Under the pieces are notes generated by a model. It worked only from the letters and a program-made list of their open reading frames with translations. It was not told the origin of the DNA and made no database searches. A stretch of 64,000 nt of DNA from Iphione sp. A-MEVVRFRX5. Taxonomy: Eukaryota. The DNA is taken from contig OZ320317.1 of the NCBI GenBank assembly GCA_976226885.1, forward strand, positions 59,644,001 to 59,708,000, written 5' to 3'. Positions 1 through 11,544 of this stretch are shown here, piece after piece; position 1 is the first letter of the stretch, and every line of letters begins with the position of its first letter. A program made the position numbers and the translations under genes.

Positions 1-9
1 GCTCTCAGT

Positions 10-102
10 GAGAGGGCAGAGAGAGAGAGAGAAAGTGAGAGAAACAGAGAGAGTAAAAGGAGGTATGGATAGAGGGAGAGACAGACAGGCAGACAGACAG
101 AC
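10..102. repeat. Imperfect (GA)n and (GACA)n microsatellites
   Basis: Directly visible tandem repeats. Confidence 0.85.
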
Positions 103-413
103 AACGACAACAGGGATGTCGAAGAAGGATCGATACGATAGGTGATGCAGAGATGAATGAAAAGAATAAACAAAACTTTGATAGAATGGCATAACATGTT
201 GTGACGTATCACATAACGCTTGACAAGTGTTCTACAATTGGAAGCGTTTTATAGTCATGACAAATGAATAGGCAAAACACCATGTACTGTAGTGCGTTAT
301 TGGGTAAGGAGAAAAGGACCCATGATCATAGAGGGCTTCAAATAATGCACACCTGGCACACATCGTGTGACTCATTCACATATGTTATAACCATACATAT
401 CAATCTCACTCAC

Positions 414-612
414 CTACAATCCGTTGAGGTCAGTGTCGACGAAGCCTGTACACTGCATCCCTCGTTTGACCATGAGTCGGAAAGCTCATCCCAGAAAATA
501 CATCTTCTTCGCCAAATACTCAGCGTGTAGCGGCGTTGACGCACCTCGCCAGGCCTGGGTCGTGCGGCGTTGAAATGAGCGTCGACCACGCCGAGGTAGT
601 ACTCTATGCTTT
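414..612 (-). CDS. Polycystin-1-family (PKD1L2/PKD1L3-like) gene, exon carrying the GPS motif (N-terminal part); gene continues beyond position 1
   Basis: ttgacag| acceptor and AG|gtgagt donor, phase 1 to 2. Encodes (E)SIEYYLGVVDAHFNAARPRPGEVRQRRYTLSIWRRRCIFWDELSDSWSNEGCSVQASSTLTSTDC(R), matching the GPS consensus C-x-F-W-D...W-S-x-x-G-C-x-V...C preceded by the YYLGV strand typical of PKD1-like GAIN domains. Confidence 0.92.
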
Positions 613-1887
613 CTGTCAAATCAATTCAAAGAAAATTCTTGATACCTAGGAGACCGCCGTGTTACTTGACATAAACAAAGAAGCAAATTGAATTTTATTA
701 TCTGACGTGTAATGGATCAGCTCGATGTTTCAATAATGAAGCACGAGGATGTACATATGCGAGCTTGCATTTATCAACTCTTCTATATTAAATACACAAA
801 TACTGAACTTAGTTATGCATATTAAATGTTTTATCTTTCAAGTACATGTACTGTATTTCTTTACCTCGGCAGATAATAACAGTGAGAGAAAGATGCACAG
901 AACAGTGCGCCATGGGTTCGGTTTTCCTCTCATACTCTACCACAGACTTGTTTAATTCAACTTTTAATGGCGAATCATTTTTTCAGTGCTCGGTTACATG
1001 GCACTGTAATGTTAACCATCTATCATGTGTTCAAATGTACCAGTCAGAGAGGCTGGGCAGCTCTTAATGCTTGGCCTGGTGTGGTCGACCACCATAAAAA
1101 CAATCCCATTCTCCACTCTGTCTAAGCGGCCTTTATCATGTTCGCCTTCTCGTGTCAACATGCAACCTGTAATAGAGGCCAGTGGCTCTTGTGTACATGT
1201 TCTGCTCCAGTATTACTGGCCCATAGATGTCCCCGTCCATGTGAATGTGGTCACGGTGGCAGCACCCAAAATAACACGGTATGGGTAGCAGCATAAAGTG
1301 AAACTTAATGCGATCAATCGCTCTCATTCGAAAACATGACGAAACCGAATAAACTGCTCAGCACGGAAGAGACATTTGCATTCGAATAACGCGAGCTTAT
1401 TTTGTTGTATTCTCCGTGTTTTAATGTTGTGCAATACCGATATTGTACTGAATTTCATTATGTATTTCTTTCTGTGCGTAATGCCCTCTAAGGCCGTGCT
1501 TCGATGAATTTAGTTTTCTGCGTGCGTGCGAGATACAACTTATTCTTCTTCTTCTGCAACCTACCACTCATGGTGTTTCCGTGGGTGTGTGCGTGTCCCT
1601 GTCTGTCTGTCTGCCTGCCTGTTTGTCTGTCTGTTCATAAGTATGCATGCATATATACGTATGTACATGTATGTAGATTATGCCGTTTTGGTGTAAGTCT
1701 CTTGGAGATGGAATCAATATTTTTTAGAAATCGTGCCACTTTTGTGTAAATTTCCTTGAAATCATGCCCAATGTGTGTACATTTTGCCTCTAGTATGCAA
1801 ATAATATACAAATTGTGTTAATTTTACATATCTTGTTACATGTATTCAGATGCAGTCATGTGCATTACTGTGCCTCTGGCTGCTGCT

Positions 1888-2243
1888 TTTATTTTTCATT
1901 TCATTTCATTGTATCTTTTACCAGGAACTAGATATTCATCTATCATATGACAGGGCTCTTCCATATCCTCCTGAGGTAGCATACTACCATCTATTATTGA
2001 GAATTGAGAGACCAGAATACAAGCAGTTGTCCCTACTCTTATTACGAATAGGTTTCTGGGATCTTTTTGTGTATAAGGGACAGAATCCCACACATCCATG
2101 GCCTTTTTACGATTTGTAGACCACTCTGGGTTGGGGCTACAGTAAATCTGTCTGGTCTTGATCAAAAGTCCCAAACCCGGGATTGAACCTGCAACCTCTC
2201 AATCTCTGGACCAGTTCTCTACCACTGAGCCAACTCCCCACCC
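1888..2243 (-). mobile_element. tRNA-derived SINE, probably Deu-domain type (copy A)
   Basis: Minus-strand head has A-box TGGCTCAGTGG and B-box GGTTCAATCCC. The core AAAGATCCC...CTATTCG...AAGAGTAGGG resembles the Deu domain (recognised from memory). (GAAAT)n/A-rich tail. A homologous copy lies at 11212-11544. Confidence 0.85.
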
Positions 2244-2444
2244 TCATATGATACTGGTTCTTGTGTGCATGAAATTTTTGCACACCACATAACACCACAC
2301 CCATGGGAATAGACTTGTTCATTCCTACGATGCCCAAAATCTATGAACACACGCACTACACAAGCAAACATTCATGGAAACAGCACGCAGGGCTGTGCAT
2401 TTATATTTGACTTACAACACCGAGCACGCACACATATATACATG

Positions 2445-2448
<4 letters not shown>

Positions 2449-2482
<34 letters not shown>
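2449..2482. repeat. (TA)n microsatellite
   Basis: Uninterrupted TA run. Confidence 0.95.
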
Positions 2483-2486
<4 letters not shown>

Positions 2487-2896
2487 CCATTCTACGTCTC
2501 TATGGGAATTTACATTCATGCAATCAAATAAAGTGTCTCATTGCAGACCTTTTTTTTCTACGAGAGCAGGATTGCTCCCATTCAATTGTTGTTTATCTAA
2601 AATAGTTCATTTCAATATTAATCCTGCCGCCTGATTAAGTCTAGAGCCTTCATTTGCTACCACCTCTGTTGCGGGGTGAAATGCTGAGTTTTCTAACTTC
2701 ATCAGCCAGATCTTTAGAAGGTGCGAGCCAGCGTTGGGGGTGGGATTGTCAATGGGAAGGCATGACGAGAAGGGGCGTTAGTTCTTTCTTATAGTTTTAA
2801 TCAGGGGTGGGCGGCGCGGTGGGGACGGCGGAGGGACCGAACCAAGGAAGAAACCTAAATGGGGCTAATTAAAACGCGTAATCCGAGTAGACTTAC

Positions 2897-2997
2897 CATC
2901 AAGAACGCTCGCAGGAAGGAACAAATTCAGTTTTTTCGCCGACGCCGGAAACACCTCCTTGTATTGATACTTGTCAGGAGTTGGATGGGAGCCCGGC
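2897..2997 (-). CDS. PKD1-like gene, internal GAIN-B exon (101 nt)
   Basis: Pyrimidine-rich ttttttctcctctgtgtcttgcag| acceptor and ATG|gtaagt donor. Phase 2 to 1 exactly bridges the 17173 and 612 exons. Encodes (R)PGSHPTPDKYQYKEVFPASAKKLNLFLPASVLD(E), with the G-x-x-P-T-x-x-x-Y motif of the family. Confidence 0.88.
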
Positions 2998-5900
2998 CTG
3001 CAAGACACAGAGGAGAAAAAACAACCAATCAGCGACAGATTTTCCATTAAGATCAAAATTTGAAGATGTGCGCATGTATGTGTCATTCATACGGAACATG
3101 TGGTGAGGGCATGTGGTAAAGCATACAAAGACACTGTGTAGTGACCTTCCACAAGGTTGCATGTGGTTTGCTTAGTTTAAAAGTCCTCGAGATTACCGGA
3201 CCTCATACCCGTAGGACTGCCACCTAGCGACAGGCAGAGGCCGGCTGCTGTACTCGACGCCAAATCTTCCGGTTAAGTTCTTGTCAGCCGTGTTTTTAGA
3301 GACGTCCGACCTCCAACCGAGAAAAAGCGGACTAAAGACGGCGCAAGCGGACATTCCCGTGGTCGCTTGGCCACTGATATCCGGACTGACTGACACACAG
3401 CCGTAGGCTCTTGTCAAGCGCAGTCATCACTTCGACAACCACAAATGACAACTCATTTTATTTCCCCCAAACCTGTCAAATTTCCTGGTGCAAATTGCTA
3501 TTAAGGCCTGTCCAGCGAATCTGAGGCGTATTGATTTGGACGGCAGCGTAGTGAAAAGGCGGCCCTAGTGAGCGACGGTGGAGATGCTGTGTCGAGAACA
3601 CCCAAGAGGAGGGCACCATGCTGGTGATGGTGGCTGCTACTAAGACAGAAAATGTTTTGAAATAGTACACATCAACGTGTCAAACGCATTTCAAAAGTAA
3701 ACAGGATAAAATCTTACATGGTTAAGGCAATGATGTACATGGCAAGAGCATGCATCTGCTAGAGAAAATGTGAACAGACAAGCCAATTGTCATGGTGGGA
3801 CTGTCATATTGCGAGCTTGAACCATTTATGTAGTTTTCTTCTAAATACCATGTATCTTACAGTATAAACGCCCTTGCTTTAAAGAAAAATATGCTATGAA
3901 ACCTACGTGAAACATAGCTTTGACCTGACATGTTTTTTCACTCCATGCATACATTCCATATGTTAGACGAAGGCTGACGAAAGAAAATACCGATCCATAT
4001 TCAAATTACTTCAATTGCTTATCATTTGAATTCCTTCATTTCAGGAAAGCCACCCAAGCTATTTCACATCCGTAATTGTTATGCTTTCAAGAATCAACAC
4101 AGTTCTGCTAGAAAACAATGTTGCTCTACCTAATGCTATTATCGTCAAGCACGGTAACAGAACACTTTAAGTGAGTGCTGCTGATATTTCTCCAGACCTG
4201 AGAGGTCTAACCATATGGCCGGTGCCGCATAGTCTCCGAACGAGAAGAATATGGAGTAATTTCTCAATAATATTTACCACCTTCTGTACTTCGGAGAGTG
4301 TGGGTGTTTCTTGTTGTCCTAAGCACTGGTCATCTCACAATCAATGCTCAGTAGGCATTACAACTTACGTGAAAAAAATATGTAATGAAAGCTAAAAATA
4401 TCAACTAGGCCTATAAAGACAAATTTATTTTGTTTATTTTACTTAGAGCGAAATATGCAGCGTGACCTAGCTGCAAAACAACGCCCGTTGTTTATGTGAG
4501 TGTCAGCATCCCATATAGAATCTGCCCCTGCTTCTTTAAGGCTCTATCACGGGAACCCCACGGGAGTATCGACTACCTGACAGCAGCTGTCGAACCATAT
4601 GGAAACGACACTGGTGACCTTGTGTGAGACTGGCACTCAGACTGCAGCTAGTTGTATGTGAGGGTTCAAGCCTGCTCAGTGGTTTTTCGGTATAAGGCAA
4701 AGAATTGGCGGTGATTGCTACACAAGTAGGCCAGGGAGGTGGACAGTCTCGGCGGTCAGCTAGGACAACACAAAACGGATGACGGACTAGGCTACCCACC
4801 TGCCCTCCCGGCACCCCTTGTTTCCAGGACAACGGCAAGCACCAATCGGATTGGCTATTGTAACCTTATTACGACCGAGCGCCAAATGACTTGCCGGCCT
4901 CCGGAACACAGCCAAGCAGCGATCGCATTTGCATAATGCAATAAGAAGCGACACAGGCTGTAATTACGTTGCAGAGAGCCTTGTAATCGGGTTTGAGACC
5001 GGGTCATGCGGCACGAGTGGAAATTGCGAGCGGGTGAAGGGTGGTGGCCCAGTGTCATTCGTAAGGAGTTGAAGAATTTGCAAGAATATCCATTACGATT
5101 TACTCTCCGTCGTGGGGTGCTACCATGCCCCTCTCCTTCCAATTTTACATAGAACCCCCCCCCACCAACTCACCTACCCGACCCGTGACGAGCATGCGCA
5201 ATGGACGTAGGCTTGTTCAATAGCCCCCTGGTGGGAATATCTTATGACGCGTGGTTCGAACATGGTGGCCTGAACGCCGATACCAAGAGAAATTGAAGCT
5301 CACAAAAAGGAGGTCCCATATCACGATTTTAAGAGGCTTGATCTTGCTGCCACCTCTTTCTCTGTGTATTTCTTTCCCTTGTCCTCCCGTTTTGCCTTCT
5401 CCTTTCCTTTCGTTTGCTGCACAAATATGTATAAATAAACAAACGGCTGTGCACACTCATAAACCCAGTTATTCTCCTTAAGCCAACACTCTCCCTCCCT
5501 TCTCATCTCCGTCCCTCCCCGATTCCATTCGCCCCTACCCTTCGCTGATTTCGAGATATGCGGTGGAGACGGCCACATCAATTCCTCGCGGGCTCTCCAG
5601 CCCGGGACGATAGCGCATTATCACTGAGTTGCTCACGGTGGTTGCTTAGAGCCCTTCGCTAGAGCGGCCACTGGCGTGCGTGGCTAGCAGATCATCAGCC
5701 TAACTGGCAGTGAGTCATTGATGCTGGGCTTCGATGCTTTCACCAAGTGACACGCACAGGCTACGTTAAGGGATAAAATATCATTCTGCAGCAGACTCTC
5801 CCGAGCGTAACAGGCCATTTCCACGCATAGACCAACCTATACTTACTGCCCTACAATCAAGTTCGATCGAAACTCTCGCCGGATTCTCTTGCTTTGCGGA

Positions 5901-7820
5901 GGGTTTGCGGCCATGTCCACGCATGAAGAACAGACCGTTAGTTCTACGCGTCTAATCTTATTACATCTCATTAACTGAACACATTCACCCTTCGACAAAC
6001 CTAGTGTTCACGGGAACCTTTAGAGGCTAGCTGTTCAAGATCTAGGATCGTCTCAACAGCACGCGGGCTCTCCAGTATTTCCGACATCAAAAACTCGATT
6101 TTATTTGAACTGATTGTATTCCCTCCGCATTAAAAAAGCTATTTGAGAAATATCTACATGTTTCCTAATACCGTTTAGCAACTAGATTATAGCACACATA
6201 AAAGCATATTATTTCAGTTACTTACACAAAGGTTTTTACTATGAAAACCTTTACAATAAGGTAATGATATGACAACGCATCAATGATTAAGTTTGTAAGT
6301 TGTAACAAAAGTGATATAATGAAGCAATATATTTACATGATATACTACTCTAACTCGATGCTGCCGTTCTTAAAAGCCTGTCTTTACTCGAAGCAAATGC
6401 ACCTCAAGCTTTGTACATTTTTTGTAGTTTGTCATCCCTGCCATTACTACAATGCTTTCCATCAAAACCTCGGCATGTCTTGTGACCTGTGCGTCTGCGC
6501 GGCCATCCTCCTTCGGTACCATCCTGACGTGGCGTTCACTCCACCAACTGAGCACGTACTTTCTAATGTCATTGAGCTGCCACCTATCGACCTGTAGGAC
6601 GGCGAGGCTGGGTGGTGCCAGTGGGTGAGAATGTCACACGTAGCTTTCCCTGTAGTGACATCTGTATGGCAGGCGGCAGCTTTCCCTTACTCTTCCTATC
6701 CACCCTCCCCTCCCCCCCCACCACCCCTAGACTTCAAACCCTGTGGCAGAACACGCTGACAAGATAACTACTAGCTATCCTTTCTGTTCTGCCTCCCCCC
6801 CCCCTCTTTCGTGGACTGCTGCCTTATGGGGGTCTCTGACCTTCTGCGATGTCCGCCATGACAATTTGACATTACGTCAACACGAATCGTACCAATCGGA
6901 GACGCGATAAGCCCATAAGGGTCGAGCGACATCCACACCAGTCGCCAGGCGCGCGCGATGCGACGGCTTGGTGCTGACAGTTTTATTAATGCAATTGAGG
7001 CAAGCTTTTCTAGCAGCTGATTGGCTGTGATGGCCCACAGTGGCACGGCTAAACCAATCAGCCGTCACCTCGGCCGTCAATACGGGACATTGACGGCTCG
7101 TGTAACTGACGTCCTGGTGGCCGGGAATTCACATGTTGTCATTGTGTAAATGCTCCACAGAACCACAAAAAAGGGTACATCAGAGGGATATATTATGCGG
7201 ACATCAGTGCCAGAGTAAGGAAAACGGCGCATTCCTCCCACCAAATAACTTAAAAAGGATTTAAAAGGCAGGGGCTGTAGCGATGAAAAGTAAATGTTTT
7301 GCAAATGTTCAATTAGCATTCGTGTGTCTGATAATGCTGCATATGTAACCTTTTTATGATATCTCATACAAGGTATCTCTGTGTTGTATCGATAATCAAG
7401 CACGAATTGCCTAAAATTGAAACAAAGCACAAGAGTACCAAATGCATCTGACAAATGTAACAAGGAGGCGAGATTAAGTACAAGGTATAGCACCAAGGGA
7501 AAGATTATCAACGCCATATCTATGTGGAGGTATCCAGTCTTGCAATATAACATATCGCCAAGGAACTATACAGAGCGGATTTGGCGGGCGCTCAAGTTGG
7601 GAGGACGCCTCTACGACAGGACTAGTACGAAGCCACATCGGGCATCTCCACGTCAAAAGCAGACGACAATTCATCCAGTTCTCTTCCAAGCAGCTCGAGC
7701 AGGGGCTTTTGTTGTAAGGCCTTCTCTAATTGGTTGGTTGTCAGGCCGCCAGCAGTTGGCCCAGCTCGAGGCAGATTAATGTGGCTGCAGTGCGGTCGCT
7801 AGGCCACCAAGCCGGGCCAT

Positions 7821-7834
7821 GTTGTCATGGTAAC
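7821..7834. promoter_or_regulatory. RFX X-box-like site
   Basis: GTTGTCATGGTAAC, near-palindromic match to the X-box consensus. Confidence 0.5.
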
Positions 7835-9089
7835 ACGGTCTATTTTTGAACGCCGACCACCGTCGCTAGCCAAAGCAAATCTCAAGCCACGCGACCCGAT
7901 GGACATTTTCAATTACCCTCCAGTCCCCTTGTTCTTCTCCTTATTCGTAAAGAAGAAGCCAGTGTGCTCCTACTAGATTACAGCATGTAACCCCTACCTC
8001 TACTCAAGCTTCTAAGTAAATTAAATTCCTTTTCCTCTTTCCCACACTATATTCGGTGCCCATTGCTGGCACGATGTCGGACGCGATACTCGTACCGGAA
8101 CCCAACCACGATCACGGAACCGACCGAACAAGACTGGAGTATCTGGCGCTTGATAGGATGGGTTTAAATGCTCTTGAGATTAGTAACAGCTAACGGGCAC
8201 AAAAACCAGAAAAACACTGGCCCCCAGGAGGAGGCTGACGCTTGCCTGTCGACACACGCACACAAAGGCTGCTTCGCCACCTGAGGCTGAGTGATTGGGC
8301 AGCCCGCTGGTAGAAACAAGCGGTGGTTAGCGTGGACGTAAGCCAAGGTTTATGACAAGTTTCCCACGCTACCTGCCACTTTTTCGTTCCGACAGTCGGA
8401 GACGCCTTCCATACGGTCTACCCTCCCCGTCAAGACGATGTTCCAACCATTCTGTCTTGAACAGAACATTTCCGACCCCGCCTCTCCCTCATGGTGTGAG
8501 ACGGCATTTATAAAATGGATCGAAACTTGGCGACAGAAATGTTAAGAAAGCTGGTGGCGTGAAGGTCGGAGGAGGGGGGAGTTCGGAAATCTACTACATA
8601 CTTAAGAGATATGAATAAATATACAAATCTTTCTGGGAAAAAATTGAGGACATGGACCATATTCATTCATCTCGTGATGGAGTAAAAACACTATGAGAAA
8701 ACAAAATGCTTTTCTTGAAAATTCTTCCAAATGTTTTCATACTATTGTATGAAACTTAACTTACAATACCTGAGACACGTACCGCAAAAATCTGAGATGT
8801 GTGGTGAAAATACATCGGCTTGTTATCTGGTATAAGGGCGTGATGGTGCATGAACGATAAAGTTCCAGAGCAGAGAAGTGGACCTTAGCGCACGGTTTGG
8901 CCAGTACTGAAGCAATCCGAAGGGGTAGAATTCGTATACATGTACTGAGTGTTGCAGTGGACAGCCTCACTTCTGAGTGTCGGTATTTATAATTTTCACC
9001 GTACTACATAATTTACCTCATTTCTTCGGACTACTGCCAATAAACTCGGGGGACATTTCGGGGAAATAGGACATACACAAAGCGACGTA

Positions 9090-9249
9090 CAGGCCCGTAG
9101 CCAGGGATTGTTCTGGGGGGTATCGGACGATACCCCCGATACCCTAGTGGCGAGACTCCTGGATGATCATGTCTTTGCAAGCCTACAGGCATTAGGTTTT
9201 GTTGGAGGTGTCGGACGATACCCCCGATAACCCCTTGGCTACAGGCCTG
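9090..9249. mobile_element. 160-bp MITE with CAGG-initiated terminal inverted repeats
   Basis: Left end CAGGCCCGTAGCCAGGG matches the reverse complement of the right end CCCTTGGCTACAGGCCTG. ACGTA flanks both sides. A 19-nt internal direct repeat TCGGACGATACCCCCGATA occurs at 9123 and 9211. Confidence 0.75.
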
Positions 9250-9389
9250 ACGTATACGCCGCAAGTACAGACCAAACTGTTGAGAGTCTTCTTATCGGAA
9301 TAGAAAACTAACATGCGAGGTGAATAAGGCATACGATAGAGATTCAAATAAGAAACAAAATAGCTATTCAACTAAACAGCTCTCTAATA

Positions 9390-9860
9390 AGGACTTAACT
9401 GTTCGATTTATAAAGAACTCAGGAACTTCGTCTGCAATAAAGAATTAAATGCTAGTTTTTAGGAAACTGGTGGGAACCTAAAGTTTACATCTATCTGAAC
9501 TTCCACTTGACAAGTTTTGCTTTTAGTGAAAAAAACTGCTACAAGACGACCACTACAGCTGGAAACCAAAAAAGAAAATACAGTCAGTTAATGGGATGGA
9601 AGAAATGGTTATACAGTTAGTACTAGTGCATCATGGCGATGACCGGCGATTGTTCCTCAGTTACACAAACCTGAAACTTTGCTCACCTTCATAACAGACC
9701 AGGCTTGAGCCAAAGCTTCAGGCACGCGTACCTAAAGCAACTTCTCTGAGCGATAACAGAGGTAGAAGAAGGAGGCGTTCCATTGGCAATCGTCGCTATA
9801 TAGTCGTGAATTAATGTAAGAATGGCTACGCAAGTAAAAACACTAACTTTACTTCGGAGA
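9390..9860. repeat. Probable interspersed repeat
   Basis: Resembles from memory a dispersed Branchiostoma repeat (AAGCTTCAGGCACGCGTACCTAAAGCAACTTCTCTGAGCGATAACAGAGG core). Single copy in this window and not verified. Confidence 0.3.
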
Positions 9861-11211
9861 GGAAATTACCTTGAAAGTGTATACGGAAAGGTTTGGGAAG
9901 TAGCATAGCAGTCTAGAGCCAAAAAGAGGGACAGATATCATATGAGACATGAGTATCATATTGTCAATTGATCAGAAGCAATCGAAGCATGCATTAACAC
10001 AATGTAGAAACAAAGACGCGTGTGTTAAGTCAATATCATGAGGGTGTATACAGATAGACGTACTCTCCGTGCTGTGAAATCTCAAAACAGTGCTTCGTCT
10101 CTAAAGGGAATAGAAGTATAAAATAGCTACATGCCACGAAATCTTATAGACGAAAGTTAATACCATGGAGATAACAATGTCACCATCGGGCCGAACCAGC
10201 CACGGAAACAGCTCTGCACTTGTAGACATAAGTAGTATAAGAAAATGGCCGTTCTACATCATATCCATATGCGTCTCATCTCCCTCGGGAAAGGCTAACA
10301 GATACAATATTACATCGGATGGGTAGCACGAGTTACGGCTGTGTTTGGATCGAACCGGTCAGTAGGGGTGGGACGTCTACTAGAGGACTATGGTTGCTGG
10401 TAAGTTCAGGGCTGCAATCACACTGTTAAAGAGCCCTTCAGTGAATACTCTCCAAAGGGGAGGGCGGTGTTCTCCTGTCAGGGGACTGCTGGGTTCTTGG
10501 TGTGGCAGGAGTCTAGGAATGTGAAGGCTGTGCGTCGGCTGCCGTGTGATGCGGGGTGCTAGGGTCGACCGTAGCCAGCAGGAGGCAGCTGTAAATGGTT
10601 CAATCAGCGCTCACCTGAGCGGCATCGGCGGGCCAGCCTCAGGCACCCTGGAGGCCTCCACATCCTTGGATCACGCAGGTACGTGACAGGATGCGCAGAA
10701 GGCGGCGGCCCCATTAGACGCCAATCAAGGTGGGGTGTTAACCCTCATCTCACGAGCTAATTAACCCTTGGTGATCGCCATTCAAATCCCCATCATTTTG
10801 GTCGTTTATTTTCACTGACACCAACGAGTCAGCCTCACCAGATGTGAACTGTCAACTTGGCTCAAGTAGCCCTAATGACCTGGGACGATACTCATTCAGA
10901 GCTTTTTGCTGACACTCGACTAAATGCTTCGCAATGTTCAGTGTCTTCCTTCGCAAAAGGCGTTGTCGGATGCGGCGAAATTTAGTTTGTCCATTTAGTT
11001 TGTACTGATACCATTTTGGAAAACCCGCGTACTGTTTACCGTGTCCAGTAAAACACCCCATCTTCAAGATGCTACATGCAAAATTAGCTCAGGCTACTAT
11101 TTTCTTCACATCACAAAATATTCTGCTCTTCCCTGCATGTTGTGCCTAGCCCTATACTGCACCACCTCCAGCGTCCTGCTAAAGTTCAAATATTTAAAAA
11201 GAAAATTACCT

Positions 11212-11544
11212 AGGTCAGTGGTAGAGCACTGGTCCACTGATTTCAAGAGAGGATGTAGGTTGAATTCTGGGCTTGGGACTCTTAATCATCATGACCAGAC
11301 AGATTTACTGTAGCCCCAACCCAGAGTGGTCCACAACTTGTAAAAAGACTGTGAGTGTATAGGATTCTGTCCCCTATGTACAAAAGGCCCCAAATACCTA
11401 TTCAAAATAAGAACAGGAGGCAGCCCTAGGTATCCTGGTTGCTGAATTATCAATAATAGATGGTAGTATGCTACCCTAGGAGGATATGGAAGAACCCTGG
11501 CCAGGAATATGTTCCTGGTTAAGATACAATGAAATGAAAAATAA
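11212..11544 (+). mobile_element. tRNA-derived SINE, same family (copy B), inverted relative to copy A
   Basis: Collinear with the reverse complement of 1888-2243. Exact shared blocks of 39 nt (11293-11331 vs 2119-2157), 26 nt and 16 nt. Degenerate A/B boxes and the same GAAATGAAAAATAA tail. Confidence 0.85.

Noticed and set aside
2170-2243. tRNA-like sequence with A and B boxes
   Set aside because: It lacks a complete cloverleaf and continues into a 300-bp body shared with a second copy, so it is a SINE head, not a tRNA gene.
7077-7553. 158-aa minus-strand ORF
   Set aside because: TTG start, no domain, no splice partners, random-looking composition; lies inside an intron.
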